64,000 nucleotides of DNA, taken from assembly GCF_009914755.1 (NCBI RefSeq), contig NC_060931.1, one strand, 5' to 3'. Under the pieces are notes generated by a model that was given only the letters and a program-made list of their open reading frames with translations, was not told the origin of the DNA and ran no database searches. Below are positions 47,449 to 64,000 of the stretch, one piece after another (within the stretch, counting starts at the first letter, position 1; every line of letters begins with the position of its first letter). Source of the DNA: the human T2T-CHM13v2.0 reference genome, Homo sapiens. Position numbers and translations under genes: made by a program.

Positions 47449-47626
47449 CTCTTCCAGCGGCAGCTCCCTGAGCAGTGGCAGCGAGCTGGAGAGCAGCCCG
47501 ATGAGGAAGGGCGTCGGCGAGCACACGATGTCGACCATGGCGGGTGGCAGCACCGGGATGTAGGTGTGCTGCCAGGCGAAGGGGTAGATCAGCGCCACCA
47601 TCGCGTGGCAGCACTTGGACAGGATG
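47449..47626 (-). CDS. DENND2A: DENND2A coding exon (6th from last), core DENN domain: (S)ILSKCCHAMVALIYPFAWQHTYIPVLPPAMVDIVCSPTPFLIGLLSSSLPLLRELPLEE
   Basis: 178 nt; minus-strand acceptor ctgcag|C and donor GAG|gtgagc; carries the DENN signature YPFxWQHTYIPVLP...SPTPFLIG; in frame with the next exon. Confidence 0.96.
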
Positions 47627-47908
47627 CTGCAGCCGGGGAGAGAACAGGGAGAGAGGCCGACTCAGCGAGGGCCCGAGGAAGCCTCCAGGGGAGAAGGCTC
47701 CTCCCAGAGACAGGATGACTAGGAAAGGACACACGTGGATGTGGATCCGGTGGAGCACATGATGGTCTCAGCACAGGCCACACCAGGCACTTAGAGCCTA
47801 TGCAGGAGGCTTGCAGGCACAGCTACAGGGATGAGTTTAACGTCCTGGATAATTTTTACAAGTGCGTTTCCACATGTGAGCTGCACGCCCTGCACTCTCC
47901 CGCCCTGA

Positions 47909-48284
<376 letters not shown>

Positions 48285-48359
48285 TAATTTATATTCATTT
48301 CCACCCTTACTCCCTGCCCCCTACACAAACAAAACAAAAACACAAACGGTGAAAGCCTA

Positions 48360-48752
<393 letters not shown>

Positions 48753-48784
48753 TTAGCCAGGCATGGTGTACGCCCAGCTACTCA

Positions 48785-48889
<105 letters not shown>

Positions 48890-49073
48890 TCAAAAAAAAA
48901 AAAAAGAGATGACTGAGGGTTAACCATTTTATGCATTGAAATTTTTAAAAATAATAACATTGGGAGAGGCCAGGCACAGTGACTGATGCCTGTAATCCCA
49001 GCACTTTGGGAGGCTGAGGTGGTCAGAAGTTCAAGACCAGGCTGGCCAACATGGTGATACCTCATCTCTATCA

Positions 49074-49304
<231 letters not shown>

Positions 49305-49434
49305 TCAGGCTGGGTGCGGTGGCTGACGCCTATAATCATAGCATTTTGGGAGGCCGAGGTGAGTGGATCACCTGAGGTCAGCAGTTCGAGACCAGTCTGG
49401 CCAACATGTTGAAACCCCATCTCTACTAAAAATA

Positions 49435-50103
49435 GGAGAGGATGTGGAGAAATAGGAACACTTTTACACTGTTGGTAGGACTGTAAACTAGTTCAACCAT
49501 TGTGGAAGACAGTGTGGCGATTCCTCAAGGATCTAGAACTAGAAATACCATTTGACCCAGCCATCCCATTACTGGGTATATACCCAAAGGATTGTAAATC
49601 ATGCTGCTATAAAGGCCTGTGCCCACGTATGTTTATTGCACCACTATTCACAATAACAAAGACTTGGAACCAGCCCAAATGTCCATCAATGATAGACTGG
49701 ATTAAGAAAATGTGGCACATATACACCATGGAATACTATGCAGCCATAAAAAAGGATGAGTTCATCCTTTGTAGGGACATGGATGAAGCTGGAAACCATC
49801 ATTCTCAGCAAACTATCGCAAGAACAAAAAACCAAACACCACATGTTCTCACTCATAGGTGGGAATTGAACAAGGAGAACACTTGGACACAGGAAGGGGA
49901 ACATCACACACCGGGGCCTGTTGTGGGGTGGGGGGACGGGGGAGGGATAGCATTAGGAGATATACCCAATGTAAATGACGAGTTAATGGGTGCAGCACAC
50001 CAACATGGCACATGTATACGTATGTAACAGACCTGCACGCTGTGCACATGTACCCTAAAACTTAAAAGTATAATAAAACAAAACAAAACAACAACAACAA
50101 CAA
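49435..50103 (+). mobile_element. 5'-truncated L1PA (ORF2 C-terminus, 3'UTR, A-rich tail)
   Basis: ORF 49500.. WKTVWRFLKDLELEIPFDPAIPLLGIYPK is L1 ORF2; G-rich 3'UTR; gtaccctaaaacttaaaagtataataaa end. Confidence 0.95.
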
Positions 50104-50844
50104 GATATATGTGTGTATTAAAATATTATGTTCCAGTTGAGCCCAAGAGATTGAGACCAACCTGGGCAACATGGTGGGGCCCTGTTTCTCAAAAAAAAAA
50201 AAAAAATAGCCTTTGGTGGTGACATGTGCCTGTGGTCCCAGCTACTCAGGAAGCTGAAGTGTGAAGATTACTTGAACCTGGAAGGTTGAGGCTGCAGTGA
50301 GCCGTGATCGTGTCACTGCACTCCAGCATGGATGACAGAGGGAGACCCTGTCTCAACAACAACAAAATCATCATTGTTGTACATGATAAATATATGCCAT
50401 CTTTATATGACAATTAAAAATAATTAAAATTAAAAAATATATGTACACATAGCCTTCTTTTCCATTCCCCAATTTGGGGGCCCCTGGACTAATAATGGTA
50501 CTATTGAATCTTGTTCATTTATCCCACTGTCTCTTAACCTTCCTGTTCTCTGTCTTTGCAAATAATCGTTCTCCTGATACTCACTGGAGTCAGGAAATAG
50601 CAGCATGGCATCCATGCATCGCACTGATATTCGGTCCTTATCTTTTCTTTCAAATGATCACCCCCAAGATGAGAAAAACGCTACCCCAAGATTTCATTCT
50701 TATCCCTACACTGTCTTCTTTATTAGCTGGGTAAGAGTAACACATTGCATTTGGAAGATACCAAGAAAAAAAAAAGAGTGAGAGAATAATGAAGTTAGGA
50801 CTTATATTAAGGAGAATACTATCCAGAATCCAGCCAGAGCTTAG

Positions 50845-51268
<424 letters not shown>

Positions 51269-53009
51269 TAGTTAATTCCTCACCATTTATGTTTTAGTTC
51301 CTTGATCTATAAACCACTGAATGTACTGAATTCACTTTGTTCTAAATTGTTTATTTTTTTATTTTAGGACTAATCTATGTTGATGCGTGGAGCCAGGCTA
51401 CAAAGTTGCTATGCTCGTGTGCTATGGTTGTAAAGTCAGGACTTAGAAAATCAGAACATTCACATACAAGTGAGGATAGTTGTTTCTAGAGCAAGATTTT
51501 TCAGACTATAGTTTGCAGCCCATTAGTGGGTCTTGAAATCATTTTAGAGGGTTGCGATCAGCATTAAAAACAAGAACAAAAAGAACAGAATAGAAAATAA
51601 GAGAGTGTGCTGCACGTTTCCCAGCTGTAAATAACTATCTGTGTGTGAGCCGGGTGCGGTGGCTCGTGCCTGTAATCCTAGCACTTTGGGAGGCTGAGGC
51701 GGGTGGATCACCTGAGGTCAGGAGTTCAAGGCTATACTGACCAACATGGAGAAACCCCGTCTCTACTAAAAATACAAAAAATACAAAAACAAAAAACGAG
51801 TCGGGCATGGTGGCGTGTGCCTGTAATCCCAGCTACTCAGGAGGCTGAGGCAGGAGAATCGCTTGAACCCAGGAGACGGAGGTTGCAGTGAGCCGAGAAT
51901 ACGCCATTGCACCCCAGGCTGGGCAACAAACGCGAAACTCTGTCTCAAAGGAAAACAACAACAACAACAACAACAACAAAACAACTATCTGTGTGTGTGG
52001 TGGGGGCGGGTGGGAAGGCATACCCTGGGTCTGATTGTAAGATGTGCTTCTCATTGTGGGCTGCAATGAAAAGGGCTTGAAGCCAGTGATTTGGACTAGA
52101 AGACTGGGAGTGGGTGCTGGGCACGGTGGCTCACTCCTGCAATCCCAGCACTTTGGGAAGCTGAGGCAGGTAGATCACCTGAGGTCAGGAGTTCGAGATC
52201 AGCCTGGCCAACATGGTGAAACCCTGTCTCTACTGAAAATACAAAAAAATTAGCCAGATGTGGTGGCGGGTGCCTGTAGTCCCAGCTACTCGGGAGGGAG
52301 GCTGAGGCAGGAGAATCGCTTGAATCCGAGAGGCAGAAGTTGTTGTGAGTCAAGATCACGCTGCTGCACTCCAGTCTGGGCAACAGAGTGAGACTCCGTC
52401 TCAAAAAAATAAAAGAGACCTTAAGAAGGAAATCCCTGCATGAAGGTATTTTGCATGAAACCAGTCTCTTTTTATAGCACGTTTGCCAAAGTGCCTAAAT
52501 GTGACTTGGAAACGAAGTGGTTCATGAGAAGATCCATGGTCCATTTCCCTAGTCTTTGAAACTCTGACTTTAGTCCATTAAAGGAGAAGAAAAAATGCAG
52601 TATTTGTGTTTAAGATTCCTTCTACGCGTCAGACTTGTGGTTCAAGCACTTTTGACTTCACAGTTACAGAATGACAGAATTTAGACCTGGAAGAGTTCTT
52701 GGGGATTGAGTTCAGTTTCTTTTGGATTTTTAAGGTAGGAAGAGTGAGGCTAAATGAGGCTAAAGTAACTCTGAATGTAGGATGGGGCAGAGTAGGGAGA
52801 GAAGGGTCCTGCAGACTGGAGAAGGCAGGATTGCTGCTCAGAGGAATGCAGGCATGAGGAGGCACCCTACGATCCAGGCACAGTGGCATGTGCCTGTAGT
52901 CCCAGCTACTGAATCCCAGAGGCTGAGGTGGGAGGATCTCTTGAGCCCTGGAGTTCAAGTCCAGCCTGGGCAACATAGTTAGATCCTCATCTCTAAAACA
53001 AAAAATTAA

Positions 53010-53417
<408 letters not shown>

Positions 53418-53505
53418 TGAGCCACTGCACCTGGCTGGCTACCTCCATTTTTACTTCCTTGTGGTCTCATTCCTAGAAGGAGGAAGTACAAGGGGCTGCT
53501 CCCTT

Positions 53506-53560
53506 CTCCTTGCTGTACAGCCCCTTGGGGCTCCTTGCTGTACAGCCCTTTGGGACTCCT
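53506..53560. repeat. 25-bp tandem duplication (about 2.2 copies)
   Basis: ctccttgctgtacagccccttgggg / ctccttgctgtacagccctttggga / ctcct. Confidence 0.9.
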
Positions 53561-53904
53561 AAAGCCCTATGTTGCCTTCAGTGACAGAGAGGCCCCCAGG
53601 GCCTGGGACACCCGGAGGCCCTGGTTCAGCTGCAGTGAGTGTGAACCATCTGGAGGAGAAGGTCGTGGGAGCAAGGTCAGGAAAGATGACCAGCAATGCC
53701 GGTGCTAGATGCAGAGGCTGGTGGAGAAACGTGACAGAAAGGAAGCCAAAGTTCACTCAGTGAACTGGATGCATGGGGCTCCAGGACAGCAGTGTTCAGG
53801 CTTGATGCGAGAAATGATGACGACTCGGCTGGGGAGCCAGCTGGCCGCGTGGGAGGAGCTGCCCGTTTGTTGACTATCTCCTGTGGTAAGTTTGTTTTGA
53901 GTAG

Positions 53905-54465
<561 letters not shown>

Positions 54466-55761
54466 TAACTCTTGACCTCATGATCTGCCCACCTTGGCCT
54501 CCCAAAGTGCTGGGATTACAGGCATGAGCCACCACGCCCAGCCCACATCAATGTTCTAAAAACAATTCTGCCCCTAAACACTAAAAGGAAAGGTCAAATT
54601 TTGTGAATAATTCCATGAGTGGCAGCCCTTTCCTCAAAATAAATGATAGAGCAGGAAAGGATTATTTTGGATGGAGCTTGTTTCTCTCAATCCCTGATGC
54701 AAGTGGTAATAAAATTTTATTCCCTGACTTGTGAAGGCCCGAGGAGCCCTCAAGGAGGGGGATGGGAGGTGGGCACTCCTGGGACTGGTGGTCCCTTAGG
54801 AACATGCCAATAGTCAGTGGTTCTGGGGATGCTAGGGATGACTGGTCAAGAGGGCTTGCTGCAGAGTGTGGAGGTGGAGGGGCTAGAGAAGAGGCAGTGT
54901 TTTTGAAGGAAGACATAGAAAGAGAGTCCTCACTCGCAGCTGGCTTGCATTACAGTGGTGTGGAGGAAAGAAACGCCAGCACTCACAGCTGTGATCAATT
55001 GTACAAAAGTGGGGCAGGGAAGAGAAGGCCCCAGTGGGAGGTTGGCTGGGCCTCAGGGTTAAAAGTTGGGCATGGGTGAGAAGGGTTGGGTCCAAGGATG
55101 TTTTGCTGTTGGGTGGTGGTTCCTGAGTGTTGGAGCAGTATTCCAGAACATCAGGACGCACTTGTAAGGAATGCCAAAGTTTTCCTGGAGCCAACTTTTT
55201 AGTTCTGGTTGCTACCAAGCCTCTGCTCCATACTTGGTGTTCCTATGCTCAGCTGGCTTCCAACTCTCTATGAAGCAGTAAGGATCCAGCACAGAGCTTC
55301 CTCTAAGATGCTACCAGAAAAGTAAATGAAGAGTTTCCCGAATTAGAGGAACACCCCAGGAACTGGAAGGCTGATTCAGTGAATGCCCTTTAGTATCCCA
55401 AGCAAAGTAGCTCTCCTATTGGTGCTCCACTCCCGAAAACATGAGTGAAAGGTAAATTCACGTGTGGTCTGGTGCCTGGTGAAACCTACTAGGAGGTGGG
55501 AGTCACCATGCAGTGGCTCCTGGTTTCCATCACTGTACTTGCAAACCCTGAGGCCGTGTGCCACACAGTTGAAAACGAACACAGGCTGGGCTTCAAGACA
55601 ACTAGTTCTGTTACTCTCTGCGTGATCTCAGGTAAAGCCCTGAACTGCTCCAGGCCTCAGATTCTCACCTGTGAAATAACTAAAGTAGACTAGATCATCG
55701 CTAGATCGTTGCTGATGTCCTTCCAGCTTCTTTTTTTTTTTTTTAATTTTTTACTTTTTGA

Positions 55762-55866
<105 letters not shown>

Positions 55867-55869
55867 TGA

Positions 55870-56055
<186 letters not shown>

Positions 56056-56352
56056 TAACATCTACAAACGATGAACCCAGAAGAGAGAGCAAAGGCCAGG
56101 AGCTGGAAACAGGAGCTTTTGTTGAGGCCATCAAAAGAACGAAGGGTGTCACAGGAAGGTAATTCTAGCGCTCCTTAGCCAAGACAGAACAAAAGAATGA
56201 TGGTGACACTCACTAAGAAATTCATAGAGAAGGCCGGGCATGGTGGTTCACGCCTATAATCCCAACATTGTGGGAGGCTGAGGCGAGCAGATCACTTGAG
56301 GTCAGGAGTTTGAGACCAGCCTGGCCAACATAGTGAAACCCCGTCTCTACTA

Positions 56353-56694
<342 letters not shown>

Positions 56695-58692
56695 TTAGAA
56701 GACAACAGCATTTGTGGCTATGCCAAACTCTAAATCTTGCTCTAATTGGTATCTTGTTGGTGTTCATATGCAAAAATAGGTGGTTAATACTTAACATTTA
56801 ATCAGGCTGTACAATTATACTATTAAAATTGTATTTTTTTTTTGAAATGGAGTCTTGCTCTGTTGCCCAAGCTGCAGTATAGTCGTGCCATCTTGGCTTA
56901 CTGCAGCCTCCCTCCTGGGTTCAAGTGATTCTCCTGCCTCAGCCTTCTGAGTAGCTGGGATTACAGGCGCCTGCCATCATGCCCAGCTAATTTTTGTATT
57001 TTTAGTACAGACGGGGTTTCACCATGTTGGCCAGGCTGGTCTCGAATTCCTGACCTCAGGTGATCAATCTGTCTCAGCCTCCCAAAGTGCTGGGGTTACA
57101 GGCGTGAGCCACTGCACCTGCCTAAAATTGTGTTTTTCATAGGACTTTGCTGAACTAAATGTACTTATCTCTAAGACTCTGTCAACCATGCTGAGGACTA
57201 GCTAGACCTCTGAAGTATCTTATGGATGCCAGAGCAGCAAGGTGGCAGCTTTAAACACTTTCGGCTAGGCCTTGGGCAAACTCATCTCCCTAGAGAGGTG
57301 TGGTGAGAAGCCCAACCTCCTGGGATGGCAAATGTTGCTGGGTGCAACCAATTCTAAAAAGGACATGGGATTCTCATTTAAGCTTGTGTAAACTTATTAA
57401 AAATGAACCAAACCGAACAAATAAGAGGATGAAAGTGCACAGCTACATATGAACTTATTTGTGTAGTTACCTATATGTCAAAGACAAGGTTCAAACTCCT
57501 GTATGTGTCAAGATTTGCCCACCTAATCCTACTTATCACTAGCCAGTAGTCTATCATTTAGCTTATGGTTTAACGCACTACAAACATATAAGTCAATTTC
57601 TTATTTGTTTTATTTTTTAATTTGCTTTTTAAAGACAAGGTCCACCCCAGCTGGAGAGCAGTGGTGCAGTCATAGCTCACTAGCCTCAAACTCCTGGGCT
57701 CACGTGATCCTTCCACCTCAGCCTCCTGAGTAGCTGGAACTACAGGCATGTGCCAGCATGCCCAGCTCATAAATTCCTTGAATATTAAAAACTTTGTCCC
57801 CTATTAAGGTGTTTTTCATTTGTTTGTTTGTTTGTTTGTTTGTTTTAAGAGATGGGGTCTTGCTATGTTGCCCAAGCTGGTCTCAAACTCCTGGGCTCAA
57901 GCAATCCTCCTGCTTTGGCCTCCTAAAGTGCTAAGATTATGGGCGTGAGCCACCATGCCCGACCTCCCTCTAAAACTTTTTGCACATATTTGTTTACGTG
58001 CAGCTCTGACTTTATCATTCAGCCTGGTCTGTAGGTTTAGCCAAAACTTTGGGGAACTGAAATTAGTAAAGTAAAAAACAAAATGTTCATCATCAGGAAA
58101 ATGAAGGCGAGGGTGTAGAGAAGTATTTATCTGTTGTCATGACCACAGAACAAGCCATCACAACAGCATTCTTTCCTTTCCATCTGTCAAACTCTTGCTT
58201 GACAGAGCCACTAGAACACTCAATGTCCAGCCTAAAGATAAAACAGAGCAAAAATGTTATTCTAAACTTGATAGATTTTTGGCTCAACTTAAAACCCTTT
58301 TATAACTCATACAATCTTTGCCATAACTCCCTGAAGCTTCCTCTTGCAGTGGGAGACTCACAGCGATGATGAGAGAATAAATTGTGTTTGTGGGGGAGAG
58401 TGCTGCGGGGGTGGCTACCGACCTAGAGTGGGCGAAGGTCCCCTCTGGGATGTCACCGGGCCACGCACTGAGTCTGTGACATGTCCTGTTCTCATGCCCT
58501 GTTCCATGCCCTCATTAAGTTAGGGGCTACAGCTGGAAATCAGGAGAATAAGGAGGCTTTCTGCCACATGAGCGGAGCAGGGTTGGGCATGAGTGCATGT
58601 GCAGCCCCAGGAGTACTGGGGATGAGGGTACCAGCTGTAATTTAACCTGAAGACTTTCTTTTTTCTTTTTTTAATTTTTTTAATTGAGATAG

Positions 58693-58791
<99 letters not shown>

Positions 58792-60537
58792 TAAGTAGCT
58801 GGGATTACAGGCGCCCGCCACCATGCCCGCTAATTTTTGTATTTTTAATGGAGACGGGGTTTCACCATGTTGGCCAGGCTGGTCTTGAACTCCCAACCTC
58901 AGGCGATCCACCTGCCTTGGCCTCCCAAAGTGCTGGGATTACAGGGATGAGCAATTGCACCTGGCCCTTTTTTAAAAAATTTTTTCTTTCTTTATTTTTT
59001 TTGAGACAGAGTCTCGCTCTGTTGCCCAGGTTGGAGTGCAGTGGCTCAATCTCAGCTTACTGTAACCTCTGCCTCCTAGGTTCAAGTGATTCTCCTGCCT
59101 CAGCCTCCTGAGTAGCTGGGATTATAGGCGTGTGCCACCACGCCCAGCTAATTTTTGTCTTTTTGGTAGAGACAGGGTTTCACCATGTTGGCCAGGCTGG
59201 TCTCGAACTCCTGGCCTCAAGCAATCCACCGGCCTCAGCCTCCCAAAATACTGGGATGACAGGCGTGAGCAACTGCGCTTGGCCTAAAGACTTTCCAGAA
59301 TTTTCCAGGTCAGGCAACTTGCAGCCAACCATTGGTCCCCAAACCCTTGTTTGTCATGGCCTGGCCAAAGAACACTTCAATTCCCTATGGCTACTTTCCC
59401 ATAAATCAGACAGATCGAGGTGGATACGGATTCTTCCACCTGGCCCATGGAGTCAGAGAGTTTCAAAGCTGGGGGAGGCCTTGGGGGTGACCTGATCATA
59501 CCTGTCTCACTGGGACCCTGCTGGAAGGCCAAAGGCTGTAAGGGAGGCGGGGAGGGCCCTGAGGAGAAAAGCACAGACTTCCCCATGACCTGTTAGCCTG
59601 ACTGCTGAGCACAAAGCGGGTCCTGAGGGCCTGTGCTAGGGAGACTTTCCTTATACATTTCTGTAGACGGACAGGGCCCCAGACCCTGCCCTTCACCCAA
59701 CCCTGGAGTCTGCAGCCCAGCTGCTTTCCCTCCGTCCTCTCCAAAGCCCGGCAGCTCTCCCACTCCCTGCTTCTTTGAGCAGAATGACGGATCCTCTGCA
59801 CGCCTGTTAGTTACCCATGTGACAGGGCCGTAGGGGGCATGAAATGACGCAGGTCAGACCCTCGGAAGGCGCCCGGCACAGAGGCCGCTCAGAGGCCACT
59901 CCACGCCCCGTGGCTGCCGTCATCCTCATCAGCTTTGCTCACGCGTTGTTTACCCTCTTCCTGTCTCAGAGCTCTTCGGGCCTTTCTTTACGCAGATTTC
60001 CGTCTCTTCAGGTCTGCATGGAACCCGTGTAGGATGGAAGGACGATTTATTGGGCAGCGGGGAGAGCATGTGGAGCCATTTGTAACAGGAAAAGCGAGGG
60101 CTGCTTTCAGAGAAAACAAGACAGCGGAGTCCCGGAAAGTCAGAGCCATGCGGGGCCGCGTCTTATGAATGAGGAGACCCAGGGCCAACGGCTAAGGATG
60201 CTCAGGGGTCCCCCCTACTCTGGGAAACCTCCCTGAGTGATGGCGGAGGGATGTGTACCTCTGAAAGCTGTAAAGGGTCTAAAAACCCAATGACGGTCTT
60301 TCTCACACTCGCACACCATTACTGTACCATGGTCTGGCTCTCGCTCCAAGGAGGGCACCACAATTATCCACGTTCCTGCTGCCTTCTCTTCTCCCACAGA
60401 AATCCCATCCTCACAGCGCCTGACATTTGGCAGCTGCTGCAGAAGAAAACCCCTGATGGGCACAACGTGCCCGTGGGGAGACCTGCTTGTGGCAGCCACA
60501 GCTGGCATCTGACCCACTCACGGCATGAGCCGTTTGA

Positions 60538-61167
<630 letters not shown>

Positions 61168-62699
61168 TGAGCCTGGCTGGCATTTCCAGGTTTCTTTGTG
61201 CCCTGAGCCTTCTGACATGTCCCCCTGCATTGCCCTTTGGAGATGTGTTTGTCTCTGACAAGGCCCCTTCCCTTTTCTGTTCCCACCTTTTCTCTCCCTG
61301 CACTTAATGTTTTTAAGTTTTTTTTCTTCTCCTTAATTTTTAGAGACAGAGTCTCTCTCTGTCACCAGTGAGACTGGTGTCTCACTGTACTTTTACCAGA
61401 AAAATGGATGATACTTTGTTTTCTTCCCCCTGGAGGGAGTCTGGGGGAGGCTGGGGTGTGTGAGGGGGCCCACGGCTCCTCTCCAGCTGTGCCCTTCCCA
61501 GACATCTTCTCAGGGTGGGTCCTCCCCAAGTCTAGCATCTTCACCCCGCAGGCACGTTCCCGGGGGACTCTGTCCCCACCACCACTCCTGGGGGGCGCTG
61601 GGTTTCCTTGGCTGGCTTTCCACTTCTAGCCCAGGCCTTTCTGAAATCCATCATTTTCCCCTCCCCCACATCCAAGCCTGAGAATTCCACCTCTAGCGGA
61701 TGGAGGGAGTGGGGGATGGAGAAGATAAAGACAGTTACTATGGTGCTGATGAAATCCGATCCTGGCCACTGAAGGGTTATTACTCATCCTGGCTTCCAGG
61801 GCTCCAACCTTGAGAACTCCCTGGGCTGAATTCCCCAGTGCCCGGGAGCTTGGAGAGCTCCTCAGCGCCCAGCACCAGCTGCAAGGCTTACAGAGAGGGC
61901 CTGCTTCCTGAGCTGACAAAAGTGCACCGGGAGTACGATCACGCTGACATTTAAAAGTGCATAGCGAACTAAAACACAGGGTGGGAGCAGGCTGGGAACA
62001 GCCAGATGGCTGCTGTCCAAAGAGGTGCATCAGAAAGGTGACCAGATGCGGCGCATGAGGGGAGAGGGTGGGGCCGCTTCCCGCCCCGCCTCCTGAGGAA
62101 TTCCACATCTACGGAGTTTGTCCCTTCCATTCTTCTATGCCTTTTTTTTTCCTTCCCTTTTGTTTTCCATAGTTCAGAGTCAGATTTCCTCTCCAAACCA
62201 CAGTGCTTCAGGTTTTTTTTTGTTTTTGGCACTGCTTCTTTCCAGATGGACTTCTCAGGTGGCCTCATCTGCACCACCCGGTTGGCTGGCCCCGCATCTC
62301 AGCCCTTCCTGGGGCTGCAGCCACACCCCTCACGCTTCTGTGCCCCCAGTTCCAAAGCAAAGAAGGCTCTGATTCAGTATTTCAAAAATGAGCTTCTTTT
62401 TAGAAGCTCAGAACGAACCCAAGTCCTTGTCTGCATTTCCTTCCGGATCTTCTTTGTTTTGTGACGTGGCCTTAGCAAATTATTGAATGTGCCCACTGGG
62501 ACGGGGGTGGCCTCCTATGGGGCACTGAGTTTGTGTGTGTGATGGGAGGGGATTTGCTTTAACGGTGAGGAGGGATGCCCTCACGATGGTCTGTCCTCTT
62601 GAGCATGGCCCTGCAGCCTTCTGTGAGCTGGCCTCTGTCCACCACTGCCGGCTCATCTCTCCCTCCCCCATCTTCCTCTCTCTGGGCCAGCCCTAGTGA

Positions 62700-63038
<339 letters not shown>

Positions 63039-63158
63039 TGAAGGTGACAGCTAGGCCTCACCTGTCCCCATATCTATGTAGGATGGCTCCTTTTGCCTGC
63101 AATGTGCTGACTACTTGTTCTGAGTGTTGGCCCTCAGAACTCGCCTCCCTGGGAGTGA

Positions 63159-63998
<840 letters not shown>

Positions 63999-64000
63999 CC

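Noticed and set aside
49500-50027. 175-aa ORF resembling a protein
   Set aside because: It is the L1 ORF2 C-terminus frameshifted into the 3'UTR of a 5'-truncated, inactive L1

Overview
Primate (almost certainly human) genomic DNA, extremely Alu-rich (over 100 Alu copies or fragments counted by eye). The only real protein-coding content is the 3' end of DENND2A (DENN-domain Rab GEF) on the minus strand. Six terminal coding exons lie between 47626 and 38838; all have canonical AG/GT junctions and splice in frame to ...KGLGNKMKFLHKK*. A ~290-nt 3'UTR with an ATTAAA signal follows. Positions 47627-64000 are one large intron. Positions 1-38500 are intergenic (from memory the next gene to the left is MKRN1; this cannot be verified here). 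That part is a pile of nested retroelements: Alus, ERV1 solo LTRs (LTR8, LTR8B, MER4A, MER34/39-like), MaLR, L1, MIR and DNA transposons (MADE1, MER33, MER30). It also holds an RPL41 processed pseudogene and a second retrocopy I cannot identify. Nearly all ORFs in the supplied track are Alu/L1 translation artefacts. I found no evidence of a new multi-gene system. The best leads are a ~270-bp inverted templated duplication, a dense CArG+MEF2+E-box muscle-type element in a repeat-free island, the unidentified retrocopy inside LTR8B, a canonical AATAAA inside the last coding exon, and a near-consensus CTCF motif just past the gene end. Repeat subfamily names come from recalled consensus sequences and need RepeatMasker/Dfam confirmation.
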